Assembly: GCA_050250935.1 (NCBI GenBank)
Contig: JBFWNS010000002.1
Span: 67,130 to 131,129 of the forward strand
Direction of reading: 5' to 3'
Source of the DNA: Candidatus Margulisiibacteriota bacterium
GTDB lineage: Bacteria; Margulisbacteria; Marinamargulisbacteria; JBFWNS01
DNA length: 64,000 bases
The position numbers were made by a program, and so were the translations under genes. The notes below the pieces were generated by a model. The model was not told the DNA's origin, ran no database searches, and was given only the letters and a program-made list of their open reading frames with translations. Position 1 is the stretch's first letter; each line of letters opens with the position of its first letter. This document shows, one piece after another, positions 22,101-34,100 of this stretch.

Positions 22101-25100
22101 GTGTCGACTACAAAAGGGCTAATTTGGACAACGGTTGCGTTACCCGCCAAATCTTTCGCCCGGACTTCGAAGTTGGCTGTTCCTTGGGCATCCGCCGAAC
22201 TGACTACATACCCAAAAACACCACCGCCAACAGCACTCATGGGATGTCCGTTGATGCTGACGGTGGGGGTTGAAATGTTTTCGCTGGCATTAATCGTCAC
22301 CTGAACCCATCCCAGACCAACGGTTCTAAAGGGGTCCGCCTGAACAGACACAGTGGGAGCAAGCGTATCCACTACCCAAGCTTGTCGGCTATCGTTTAGG
22401 CCATTACCCGCAGCATCTTTGGCCATCGTGGTGATGGTTGCCATTCCTTGAACTTCGTCTCCCACGATGGGAACCGACAGCTGAAAGCTTGAACTTCCGG
22501 TTTGAACCCCAGGAATAGTCTTCCCATTCACTGTAAATTTGGGCGATACAACAGCCTCGCTAAACGTCACCCGTACTTCGATGCTTCCCAAACTGGAAAT
22601 GGGTTTATTCCAGTTCATGGCCAGAATCTGGGGCTGAACAGTGTCCACCACTACCGTGTTCATCGTGACCACAGCGCTGTTTCCAGCCGCATCGACCAGG
22701 GTGACGATAATATTGGCCGTTCCTTGGACCTCGTCTTGGCCAATGGTATAGCTCCAGCGCACGGTATTGTCTGCTGTTGATTGGGTGGTCATGGGGTGAC
22801 CATTAAAAGTGGCGTTTGCGCTAACCCCTTCGTTGATATTAAGTGTAACCACCACATCGCCTGTTGAAACCGTTCGGATGCCGCTAATCGTCACCGCTTT
22901 TGGAGGGGTAGTGTCGATTACGAAGGGGAGCTGCACGGAGGTGGTCACCCCAGCCTGATTTTGAACCGAACTCAACTGAAGCAAGGCCGTCCCGTTCATC
23001 CCCGCTGTAATCGCAGCCGAAACCGTCACCGTATTGCCCGACACCGTCAAACTGCAGGGGGTTTCCAGCTGATTCAACGTCCATCCTGCCGACAAAACCG
23101 TCACCGGTTCCGAAAACACCAGTGTCCCCTGCCAAAGCCCAACGGAGGCGGGATTCGCACTAAACCGATAGGTTTGTAAAACGGCCGGATCAAACCGTTG
23201 GGTGATGATAATCGGCACAGACCATTCGCTTTGATTGCCTGCCAGATCTCGACTGGCAAAAGACAATTGGTTTTCCCCGGCCTTAAGTGGCAACGAGGTC
23301 CAGGGTTGGGCTTGCCCGGTCAATAGAACTTGTGTCGATGCCACCTGTCCATTCTGACTCACCCACAATTCGGAACCCACATCGCCCAGGAGGGTGACGG
23401 AAACCTGCGCTTGATTGGATTGGGGAGAAAACGTTACCACCTGTGGCACCGAGGGGGGAACCGTGTCGATACTGAACGGGATTTCGGTGAGGGTACTGGT
23501 ATTGCCTGCCCTGTCCGTCAGGGTTGCTGTAAAGGTTGCCACGCCCTGCGCATCAGAAGAGGTAATGGTATAGGTCCAAAGCCCTTCGCCAACTGGCGTC
23601 ATGGGGTGTCCATTTAAACGGGCACTTTGGCTGGCAATCAGTTCATTGACCGACACCCCCAGGGTGATGGTTCCAGCCTTAACCCAAGCGGGGTTGGTGT
23701 TTTTGAGGGTCAGAATCGGGGCAATGGTGTCGATTTCGAAAGGAATTAGGGTTAATTCGGTTCCATTGCCGACCTTGTCTTTGGCCAAAACCACCAGGGT
23801 AGCAGGACCCTGGTGAGCTGTTTGTAAGAGGGTTGTACTGAGGGTATTCCCACTAACCGTCATGGCGGTGCCGTTTAGGGTTGCTTTAAGGCTAGCAAGG
23901 GATTCATTTGCATTAATCGTCACCTGAATTGGCCCGGTGCTGATTCGGCTGGGCAGATTCAAAACGGCGTTCAGGCTGGGGGCTATTGTATCCACGCTAT
24001 AGGGCGCTGTGGTTAGGGTAGATTCATTACCGGCCAGATCTTTGGAATGAACCACCACGGTTAGAGCACCTTGGGGCTCTGAATTTGAAATGGCATAGGT
24101 ATAGACCCCTGCCCCAAGGGACGTCATAGGTGTTCCATTGAAGGTTACGCTGGCCGTAGCCAGGGTTTCGCTGGCATTCACCGTCACTTGAATGGAACCA
24201 GAAGAGACGGTTTGTTGTGTGATGGGCAGTAAGTTCAACTCCGGTGGTACGGTGTCCACCGCAAAGGGCGTAGCCGCTAGGATAGACGTGTTTCCAGCCA
24301 AATCTTGGGCAGTGAACTGAATAGAGGCCGTTCCTTGGTTTTCTGTTGCTCGGATGTCAATACCAAAAACCCCAGACCCAAAAGCTGTCATGGGGGTTCC
24401 ATTGAAGGTTGCCGATACTGTTTTTAAGGCTTCGTTGGCCGTCACAACCACTTGTTGATAGCCAGTACTCACCCACCCCGCCGCAGCAGAAAGCAAGGAT
24501 AGAACGGGCGGTGTTGTGTCCATCACCACCGAGACCGTAGGCGACCAATCGCTGGTATTGCCCATGGCATCTGTGGATCGGAACTGAAGGGTGTTGTTCC
24601 CCTCAACCAACCCCGTAATCGTCACCTGTTTTCCGGAGGCAATGGGCAGCGTTTGAATTGGAACGTTCTGCCCATTCAAGCTCAGGCTCAAGACAGAACC
24701 CGCTTCATCGGCCACAGCCAGGGTTAGGATTGATGTCGTCACCAAAGCCGGGGCCGATACCGATGGCGTTGCAGGCGGCAAGGTGTCGATCATCAGATAG
24801 CCAATCGTCACATCCCCAACCGATTTGATTTCGGTCTGAAGGGGGTTTCCGGCTTGGTCCACAACACCAGACAAACTCAAAGACAGGGTCCCTGCCAAGT
24901 TCAGCGACGGTGATGAAAGGCTAAAACGATGGGTCACCGACAGGGTGGGACTCAACAGCTCTTGCACCGAAACACTCGGGCTTGCCATATCCACCCCTTT
25001 CACCACCAATCCCCCACCCGGCACCCACACCGGCTTCGAAAACGTCACCGAAGCGGTTGCCGTTTGGTTGGCCCCCAATAGGGTTGACGACACGGAAGCC

Positions 25101-28100
25101 GAGACAACCGTAGGAGAAATTCGGTCCAAGAGTACCGTCACAGCATTGCCGGTTGCGCTGGCATTGCCCAAGGTATTTAAGGCTGTTGCTTTAAAAGTAT
25201 TGGTTCCCTCGGTTAACGAAACCGTGGCCGTGGCCACATTTCCAGACACTGCCAAGGTTTGGATTTGCCCAACAGTGTTCATCAATCGAACGGTTTTTGC
25301 CCCAGGGGCCGAAACCATCAGCACCGCCACAGATTGACTGGTCACTTGAGGCCCCGCCAACGCCATGCTGGGCGTCACAGGACCACTGCGACTCACCACC
25401 ACCTGTACCGGGGTTGTTTCGAATACATTCAAGATCGAGTCTTCCATTCGAATCGTCACCGGATAGGTTCCATCGGGAAGATCATTGGCCCAAGCAGGGC
25501 TCAAAACAAGGGCCGTCGAGGTTCTGTTTTTCAAATCAAACCCATCGGTCAGCAGGATCTTTTTAACCCCACCGACGGTTACGGTTCCATTTAATTTGAG
25601 TTCTGTGGAGAGAAAATCAGCCCGAAACAACACATCACTGGCCACTACCTGGGCATTAAGGGTGATGGTTCCCAAATTGGGGGAATAGGCAATCGGTGAT
25701 GCAAGGCTCAGCACTGGTTTTTGGGCAATCATGGCAAAGGGATATCTTTTGCTTTCTAAAAGCCCCCCATCTTCGGCCGTCACCTCGGCAACAAGTGCAT
25801 AAAGTCCATCGGGCTGAGCCATGCGATTCACATCGTATCCACCCCAGGTTACTGGCAAAGACTGACCCCGTTGCAACTTGGTTTTGGCCAAGGCAGGCAC
25901 CAGAACTTTTCCCCCTTCGGTTTCAACCCGTACTTGGACGTCGACCTGGGATTCTGTTGAATCCACCCCAACGCTGGCATTCAGGACCTCCAAAATGCCA
26001 TCCCCATTGGGGGTAAAAAAGGGCTTTTCCGAGTGGATGGTGGCCGTGCCTTTTACGGCTAGTTTGTAGTCGATATCAAAGACAGATTGAGCTCGATTTT
26101 GAGCCTCGTCAACGGCATAGAGTTGAATTTTATAAGAACCATCCAGGCGATCTGTTTTCCCCGACCCCATCAAATCGGTTAGGGTTAGCGCCGATTTGTT
26201 CACCGACTGGTATCGGGGTTTTTCGTACAGGGTATCCAAGGTTTTTCCTTGAGCATCCAACAACGCAATGCCAAACACCCAAGCAGGATCTATGTCGATA
26301 TTTTGAATCGTAATGGGAAAGCGGTCTTTGCGCAGTTGGGTTCGGGATAACGTGGGATAGAAAACCGGACCTCGGGTTTTGATAATCAAGCGCTTTTTGT
26401 TGGTTACAGGCTCTGCAATCCCTGCTTTATTGGCCTCGGCAACCCAGTCGTAAATCCCGTCTTTGAGGGGAACACCCGAATCGTCTTTACCATCGAAAGT
26501 CAGGGTGTACACACCCGCTTTCATGGGTTTTGAAGGGACCAGGGTTCTTGCGACAGTTCCGCGCTGGGAATCGGTTAGTTTAAGGGATAGGGCGTCGTAG
26601 TCGGTATTGAGGCGTAAATAGAGGGTTAAAGATCCGGTTTGAGGATTCATGGCTTCGGCTGTGGCGTCGATCCACAGGTTGGGGAAGTCGTTGATTTGGC
26701 TGAGGGTTACGGTGGCCGTGCTGGTGTTGTCCGCCAAATCGGTGGCCGTTGCAACCACCTTATATGTTCCTTCAGGCAAATAAACGGAAGGCGACTTTCG
26801 ACCTGTCCACGTTACCGTTGCGGTATCGTGTCGGTTATTCCAAGCAATCTCTGGAATCCACGCTTCCACAGGTTTGTTGTCAGCGCCTATCACCTTCACA
26901 TTCAGCAAAGACAATGGTTCTGAACTGCGGAAAACCAGGTCGGTTTGACCTTGATCGTAGGCTTTAAAGGCCACCGTTTCGGGATGAGTCAGCTCGGGCG
27001 GTGTGGAATCCCACGTTAAGGGCAAAGAAAGGCTGGATTTGATGCCAGATTTGGACAGTGCCGCCACCACCACTTGCCCCACCCCATCAGGTAGGTTATT
27101 TGGAAAAGTTAAGGCTGTTCCACTCTCCCAAGCGCCCAAGGCTACTGGGCTTCCAGAAGCCGGTTGAAATTGAAGCTGAACATCGGTCCATTCAATGGTA
27201 TTTTGAAGGGTCAATTTGACCGGTGTATTCCGGCCAGCCAGGGTCCGGGATAAGGTTGAATCTGCAATGGCCAGGGGTTGATTTTGAATCACCAAATACT
27301 GATTCGGGAAGGCCGGTTGAGCTTGATAAAAGGTCCCCCGCAACACATCGGACACCCACACCTCGGTTTTGAGGGTATAGCCCGCACCATCGGCCCAAGC
27401 CGCCGTGGGTTTAAGGCTAAAAGCCCATTGGGTTTGATTCAATCGGTCATCAAACACGGTGACAACCGGTTTTTCGTCGTTGACGAGGGAGATTTTAAGA
27501 CGAACATCTTGGCTAACAACAGCAGCCAAGGCCGAAACATTAACGGTAACCGTGATGGGCTTTGCAACCGACCCGTATCGGTCCCCAATTTGCCAGACGG
27601 GTGCTGGAAGGGATTGAATCACCGGCAAGGTATTTTGAGTCGACACCGACCACCCTGCCGCATCGGTAACGGTAACACGTAGCGCCACCGAATCGGCTTT
27701 GGTTCGTTGCCCCATCACCAAACCAACAGGGACTGCAACCACAGGGTTGGTTGTAATGGTCTCCCATTCGAAGGTGGGAAGGGCAATTTTATAGATCAGC
27801 GGACTGCCAGAAGCATCGGTGGCTTGGATTGAAACCGTCGCGATACCTGGCTCTAAAAACAAGGGTCGAGGACTGAGGGTGATTCGAGTAATAACCGGAG
27901 GCGCACGGTCGAGTAAAACCTTTACCGAGCCTGTGCTGGTATGTCCAAAACGGTCTACGGCCTGAATGGCCAACACCGTGGTGCCCTCCGGCCAATCTGA
28001 GACATCGAGGGTCATCGGGATTTCTTGGGTTGGGTTGACCGTAACAGATTGTGGGCTTCCTTTGGTGGGAATTAAGGTGACCCGAACCGGACTTTGGTCC

Positions 28101-31100
28101 CAAATTTTAGGGGTGATCTTTAAGGTATTGCTGGTGACACCAAGGGTTTCGGGTAGGCTTATTACGGGCGCTTCTCGGTCGAACAGAAAAGAACCCTGGG
28201 CTGTTTGGGTATTTCCCGCTTTGTCGGTGGCCGTAACCAGATAAAAAATCTGATTAACCTTGGCATCCTCGATCAAGGGTTGTTTTAGAACCGCCCCATT
28301 GGCCAAAAAGGTGATTTGCGTGTTTAAAGTCGTCGAAACGTTGTCCGTGACCTTAATTACAGAGGCCAGATTTTCGGTGGGCAGGGCCGCAAACACGGCA
28401 TTTTCAAACGGTATGAGGATCGTTGGCGGAAGTTGGTCTTGGATCACAGTGCTTGTCCAGGGGGTGCCGGTGTTTCTATAGACATCCTGAAACGTCAGCG
28501 TCCAGGTATATCCCCCATCGGGAGCGCCAGACAAGGGCCAAACCTGAACCCACCGGTTCCCGCTGACCCCGGTTTCCCAAACCGATTTTCCAGCGGCATT
28601 GGTCAATACCAAACGCCCAGTAACCGGTGCCGAAAAACCCAAATCCAAGCTGGAAAAAGTTTTGGCCTTGGGCGAGAACTTAGGCGACACAACATTGGCC
28701 GTTACCAATTGGGGGGGATTCATCACCAAGGCCACATTAAACGTTGCCATCGTGCTTAAATAGCCGTCGGATATTCGGGCAGAGACCCGAACCTCGCCAT
28801 CTTCGGGATGCAAATTTTGCCAGATAGAGAATGGCACATTCAGACGACTCCCAGTCCCAATCGACATGGTTTCGGTCTTGGTCTCGACTTGCCATTGAAT
28901 GTCCAAATTGGCAGAAGACACCCGGTTGTCCCAGGCCGCAACCCCAAAGGTCACGCCTTTTTCAGCCAGACTTTGGTTAATCGTGATGGTTTTACCTTCC
29001 CAAAGTTTTCCCAAGGCCCACTTTTTAACCACCGTCGGGGCTTCATGATCGACCATCACATTTACACTGACAGCAGAACTGTTGCCTGCCATATCTCGGG
29101 TCCATAGCGAGGCAGTAACAGGCCCCACATACGTCTTGGGCAGGGCATCCAGCAAATAATGGACCGCGTCCACCGAAATCGTTATGGTGGGCTGCAGGGC
29201 CTCCCCACTTTGCAAGGGTATGGATAGCGATGCCACCTGTTGTCCGGCTGCCATCAGCCTCAATTGCGCCCGAGACAGCGCGGCATTGTCCGAAAATACC
29301 AAGGTCCAAGGGACCAGGCTTTCTGGATCTGCATACGACCAAAACGCGGGCGCTTTGACCGATACCGTCGGCGGGGTTTGATCCACCACCACCCCAAACT
29401 GAGCTTGAGATTGGTTCAAAGCTTCGTCCAAATAGGTCACATAGAGGGTGTAGCGCCCTTCTGGAACCGCCAGATTGGGTCGCACATCCCGACTGGGAAT
29501 CGCAACATCCACACAGCCATTCCACCTAAAGGTCAAGGGTTGGGACAAATCCGAAACGGACAGCACGGTATTGGCCATTGTTTTTCCGGCCGTATCCGCC
29601 ACCAAAAATCGAACCGTTCCAGCTTCGGAGGGATAAAACGAAAACCGCACCTCGTCCCCTCGCCCATCGCCATTGGGGGAAAACACCACCGTGGTATTCC
29701 CCGACACATAATTGCCCTGAAGCTGGGTCTGAATGAAGGTTGGGGGCGTGGTATCCCGAACCACCGATATTTTGGCATAAGGTCGGTTCAAAATTTTCAG
29801 ATTTCCAGTGGGATAGGTTAAAAAGAAAGTGTTTGGACCTTCCTGCAACGGCACATTAACGAGCTTGAGATTGTAAGACGGATTGCCCTCAAGCCATTGA
29901 ATTTGGTCGGGTTTCAGCTGAATTTGGTTATTTTGGTCCAAGCCCCCCGCATAAAGCGCAAGGCCCAGTGGCATCAGACGGCCATCTTGGGTGACATTTT
30001 TTTCCAAATAACCGTAGAGGGTCACCGTATTGGCGGCTGTTTTGGTTGTTTCAGCGCTAAATTTGGGTTGATCGGGAATCAACCCTTCCAAAGACGCGTA
30101 AATGGAAAAATGGTCCAACTCGGCCGAAATGGTATACAAATCGCCCTTTGAGCCCAAGACGCCGTCGCCATCCAGATCGCTCCACCGTCCACCGGTTGTG
30201 GCTTTGGCTGGGGTTAAGATCCCCGACTCCGAAATGTGATAAATCGCCACATTATCCAAATTTACGGGCTTGCTTAAACCTGGATAGGTTCCTGCTTCGA
30301 TGGCTTTGACCTCGTCGGCTGTGTATTGGTATTTGAGGGTAACGGTTTTATTAAAATTGGCAGAGGCCGTTTCGGGCAAAATTTCGACAATGGGCATGAA
30401 ATCCAAATCTTGTATATCTGGGCTATTCGTAATGTGTAAATCGGCCAAAGCGACTGGGGTAACCGTGATGAGTTTATCTTGGGCAAAGGTTCCGGCAGGG
30501 ATCATCACCTGGACACGGCCATAGGGGCTTTTGACCACGGCGGCTTCGGCCGGGCGTACGGGAGTCCCCACCATCACCCGGGTTAGGGCCACGGTGTTGC
30601 CGTTTTTGAGTCGAATATCTTGCCACCCATTTTTTCGTCCCACATTCCACAACCCCAATCGGCTCCCTGTGGGTTTTGAAATCAACTCAATGGGCTCCCA
30701 AGCCGCTTGGGTTCTGGTACTCAATTCCCAATCAGGATTCAACTGTTGCTTGGCATAAAAGGGCGTATAAAAGGCTTTTTGTTTGGCCGAAGCAATCGAC
30801 ACCGTAAAGCCAGCCCAAAGCGGATCGGCACCCACAACCCCATCACAGCTCAGATCGGGATGCACCCCACCGGTTTCATCAAACAATTTAACCGGCGTCC
30901 ACGAGGTGACTTCCACGTTGGGGTTCACCCCCTCTTTCCAAAACAAGGCCCCAGGCAAATTGGCCGAAACCGGGGGGTATCCCGACTTCACCAATACCGT
31001 ATCCATTTTTTGCTTGCCATTAAAAAGCGGCACTTGAATATCCATCACCAAGCCTTGTAGTTTGCCTTCTTTTGAAACCAAATTGGGATCCTGGGTGGAA

Positions 31101-34100
31101 TCCCAATACTGGCCCCAGACCGGCTTGCTGATGCGAACCACCAAATCGCTGGACAAACTGGTTCCAGGTAAAACCGCCTCGGTCCCATTAAAGACTGCAT
31201 CCAAACTGTTGCTCGACACCGGCCCCGAATTAACCGTCAATGCAGTCACAGACAGCCGATACGAAGACCGGTCCACATTTGCTGGCAACTTGGCGTTTAA
31301 ACTCGGAATTAATGCCGAGGCCACCAAGGTTGTTTTGTACTCGCCTTGGGTGTTGGCACTGGGATAGTTCAAGGCAAACGGAAAAGTAAACTGCCCCGGC
31401 CCATCACTGAGGGCGCCTTGGGGAATCTCGACCCAATACTCGCTGACCCGGCTGAGTTGGCCATTGGGCAGCTCTGGGGATAGGGTCAATCGGTTAATCA
31501 GGGCTTTTTCGTATTGGTTCAACAGTCGGTTCAACATCAAGCGCTTCAGGCTATTGGAGCTGTTAAACGCATCATCACTGCGCTGGTTCAGGGTGGCAAT
31601 CAGTTCCGCGTCCAAGGGATAAGGCACCTGAACTTCGGCCACTTTATCCGTGGCAACGGTGTATTTGGCCTTGGACCGGATATTTTCAGACCCCGCCAAT
31701 GGCGAAGGCACCGGCGAAATGGTGTACCAGCCGCCGGTTTTGCCAGGATCGCTTAAATTCACCACGATCAATTCGAATTTTTCGTCGTCGAGATAATTGT
31801 AATAGCTAGACCCCAGTTTCGAGACCTCGTCCCATTTTTGAAACGGGGTGGTCATCAGTTGGGTGATGGCATCTGTGCTGCCATTTTTGATATCCGCCAC
31901 GTTATAGGCGATCACTTTGTTTAGGTTTTTAATGTAGTCGTCGTAAGGCTGTTCAAAAAAACCGGTTCTTGGAAAACCCAACTGAGAGGGATCTTCCAAG
32001 AACCCCGAAAAATCGATAGCCGCCAGCGGACTGCCTTTTTTGGTCTTGTTCACAATCCCAAACCAGGGCATAAACCGGTTGTTGAGGCGGGAGTATTTCA
32101 TGTCTTCTTCGAGTTGAATATCCGCAGTAAACACATAGTGGTCTCGGTCCAATCGCTCCAAACCACCCTTATAGACAAAGGCGCCTTTTTCCCCAGCTTT
32201 AAAGTTTGGGATTTCGTTGCGCCACCCTTCTGATGCCACATAGTCCTCGTAGTACCCCACAACCTCCGGTTCGATATTCATGGCGTTGATCTTTGAATAA
32301 TATTTTTGGTAGTCCCATGCTGATTTTGGAACATAGATTAGATCGACATCAAATCGTCCAGGTTCAAGAAGCTTGGTATATTTTCGCTTTGTGACTCGGC
32401 TATAGTAGGACAAATCACTGATTGTTTTCTTCTCTATCTCCTTGCCGTCTGGGGTTCGAACACGCACGGTCAACACAATGGATTCTGGTTCGTTAATATC
32501 GTCTTGGCTTTGGGATAAAAAGTGAAAATTCTCAGGGATTTCCAAGGGATAAACCAGGGTGTATTTATTTTGCGAATTTTGCTTAAAGGAAAGTGCTTTT
32601 TCCATAACCCTATGTATCGTGTTGTAATTTTTAATCCACCCTTGCGTGTTAAAAAAGCCATCAGCACGCTCCCAATGACGATACCGAATATCCAGCTCAT
32701 AGGTCACATTCACATTAACCGTCTCAAACCACCGATGCGCCACTGTAACAAAGGGGACATAGGGATAGGCGGTGACGTTTTGCCAGCCATTTTGTAAATC
32801 AACACCCACTTGGCCAGTGATGGGGTCATAGCGGTTTCCTTTTGCTTGGGTTTCCCAAAACACTGCCGTTTTACCTTGAACAATCGGCACCGGCTGGCCG
32901 TTGATGGTTTCCGTTTTAATGTCCATGCTGACCCAGTTGTCCCATTGGGAGGCTGAGGCGCCGGTTTGTTTTAGGGTGAGGGGCAAGGTGATGGTTTTAT
33001 CCCCCACCCCGTCTTCCGCTCTTAGGTTTACATTCAAAACATAATTGCCGGCGGCAGCCAAAAGGCCGTCCTGGTTTTTACCATTCCAGGTAAACGCATA
33101 AGCCCCATCGGCTGTGGTGGGTTGAACGGTTAGTCCGTCTGCAAGGGTCAAGACTTCGGCGCCTTGGCTGTCCCGGACTTTGGCCCTTGCCACAGCCTTC
33201 TTACTGGCGGTGACGTAAACCGTGGCCACATCGCTTTGAGAATAAGGATCGATGGTTAGGGTGGGTAGTCCCAAGGCATCCCCCAAATTCGCCTTGGCTG
33301 TTCCCGCTTTTAACGCAAAGGGTGTTTGCAAGCTAAACGCCGAGGCCGTACTGACCACCGCGTTCGAACTGGGATTTTCCAGGGTCAGTACGGCATCGTA
33401 GCCGCCGCTGTTGGGATATCCGCCATTCAGCCCTTTCCCATCCCAAGAAAAGGTGACGATCGGCTGAACCTGGTTGCTTAACATCACCGGATTCATGAGG
33501 GGATGATTTTTCCCCACCCCCAAATACAGATCCCCGGTTTGCAAGAAATTTTGCTCTTGGCCATCCATCACAACATTCACCATCAACAAAGGATCCGAGA
33601 AGGTTTCAGTCAGATTAAACAACACCCGCCCAAGCGTGGTGATGGTGCCTTCAAACACCACCCCATTGCCCAGGGTTTTAAGTTGGTTGCTGGGAATATT
33701 CACGGTTTGAACCCCAGTTACCTGCCCTTTGAGTGGGGTAACCGTCACCTTAAAGGATTGTGCAGACCCATTGGTTCGCATGGCTATTCCCCATTGTCCA
33801 GAACTGGGGTCTTTATAAATATAGGTCCCGCCACGGTCTGTATAGAGATCCGGCACACCCATGTAGTCCGGTGATGATAAACCCGAATATGTCCGGCTCA
33901 TCACCACTTGCTGCGAGGTTTTGTTGACGATATCAACGGTTAGGTTTCCGCCGCCATTCAGCACCCCCGCTTGAAAGGTTAAGGGCGATTGGGCCACATT
34001 CGTGGTTACTGGTTTTTGAATCCAGGACAGCATGCCCACCCCCGTTGCCGTGGCCGTTTCAACATCTCCAAAAACAGCCAAGGTGATGGTTGTAAAAGCC

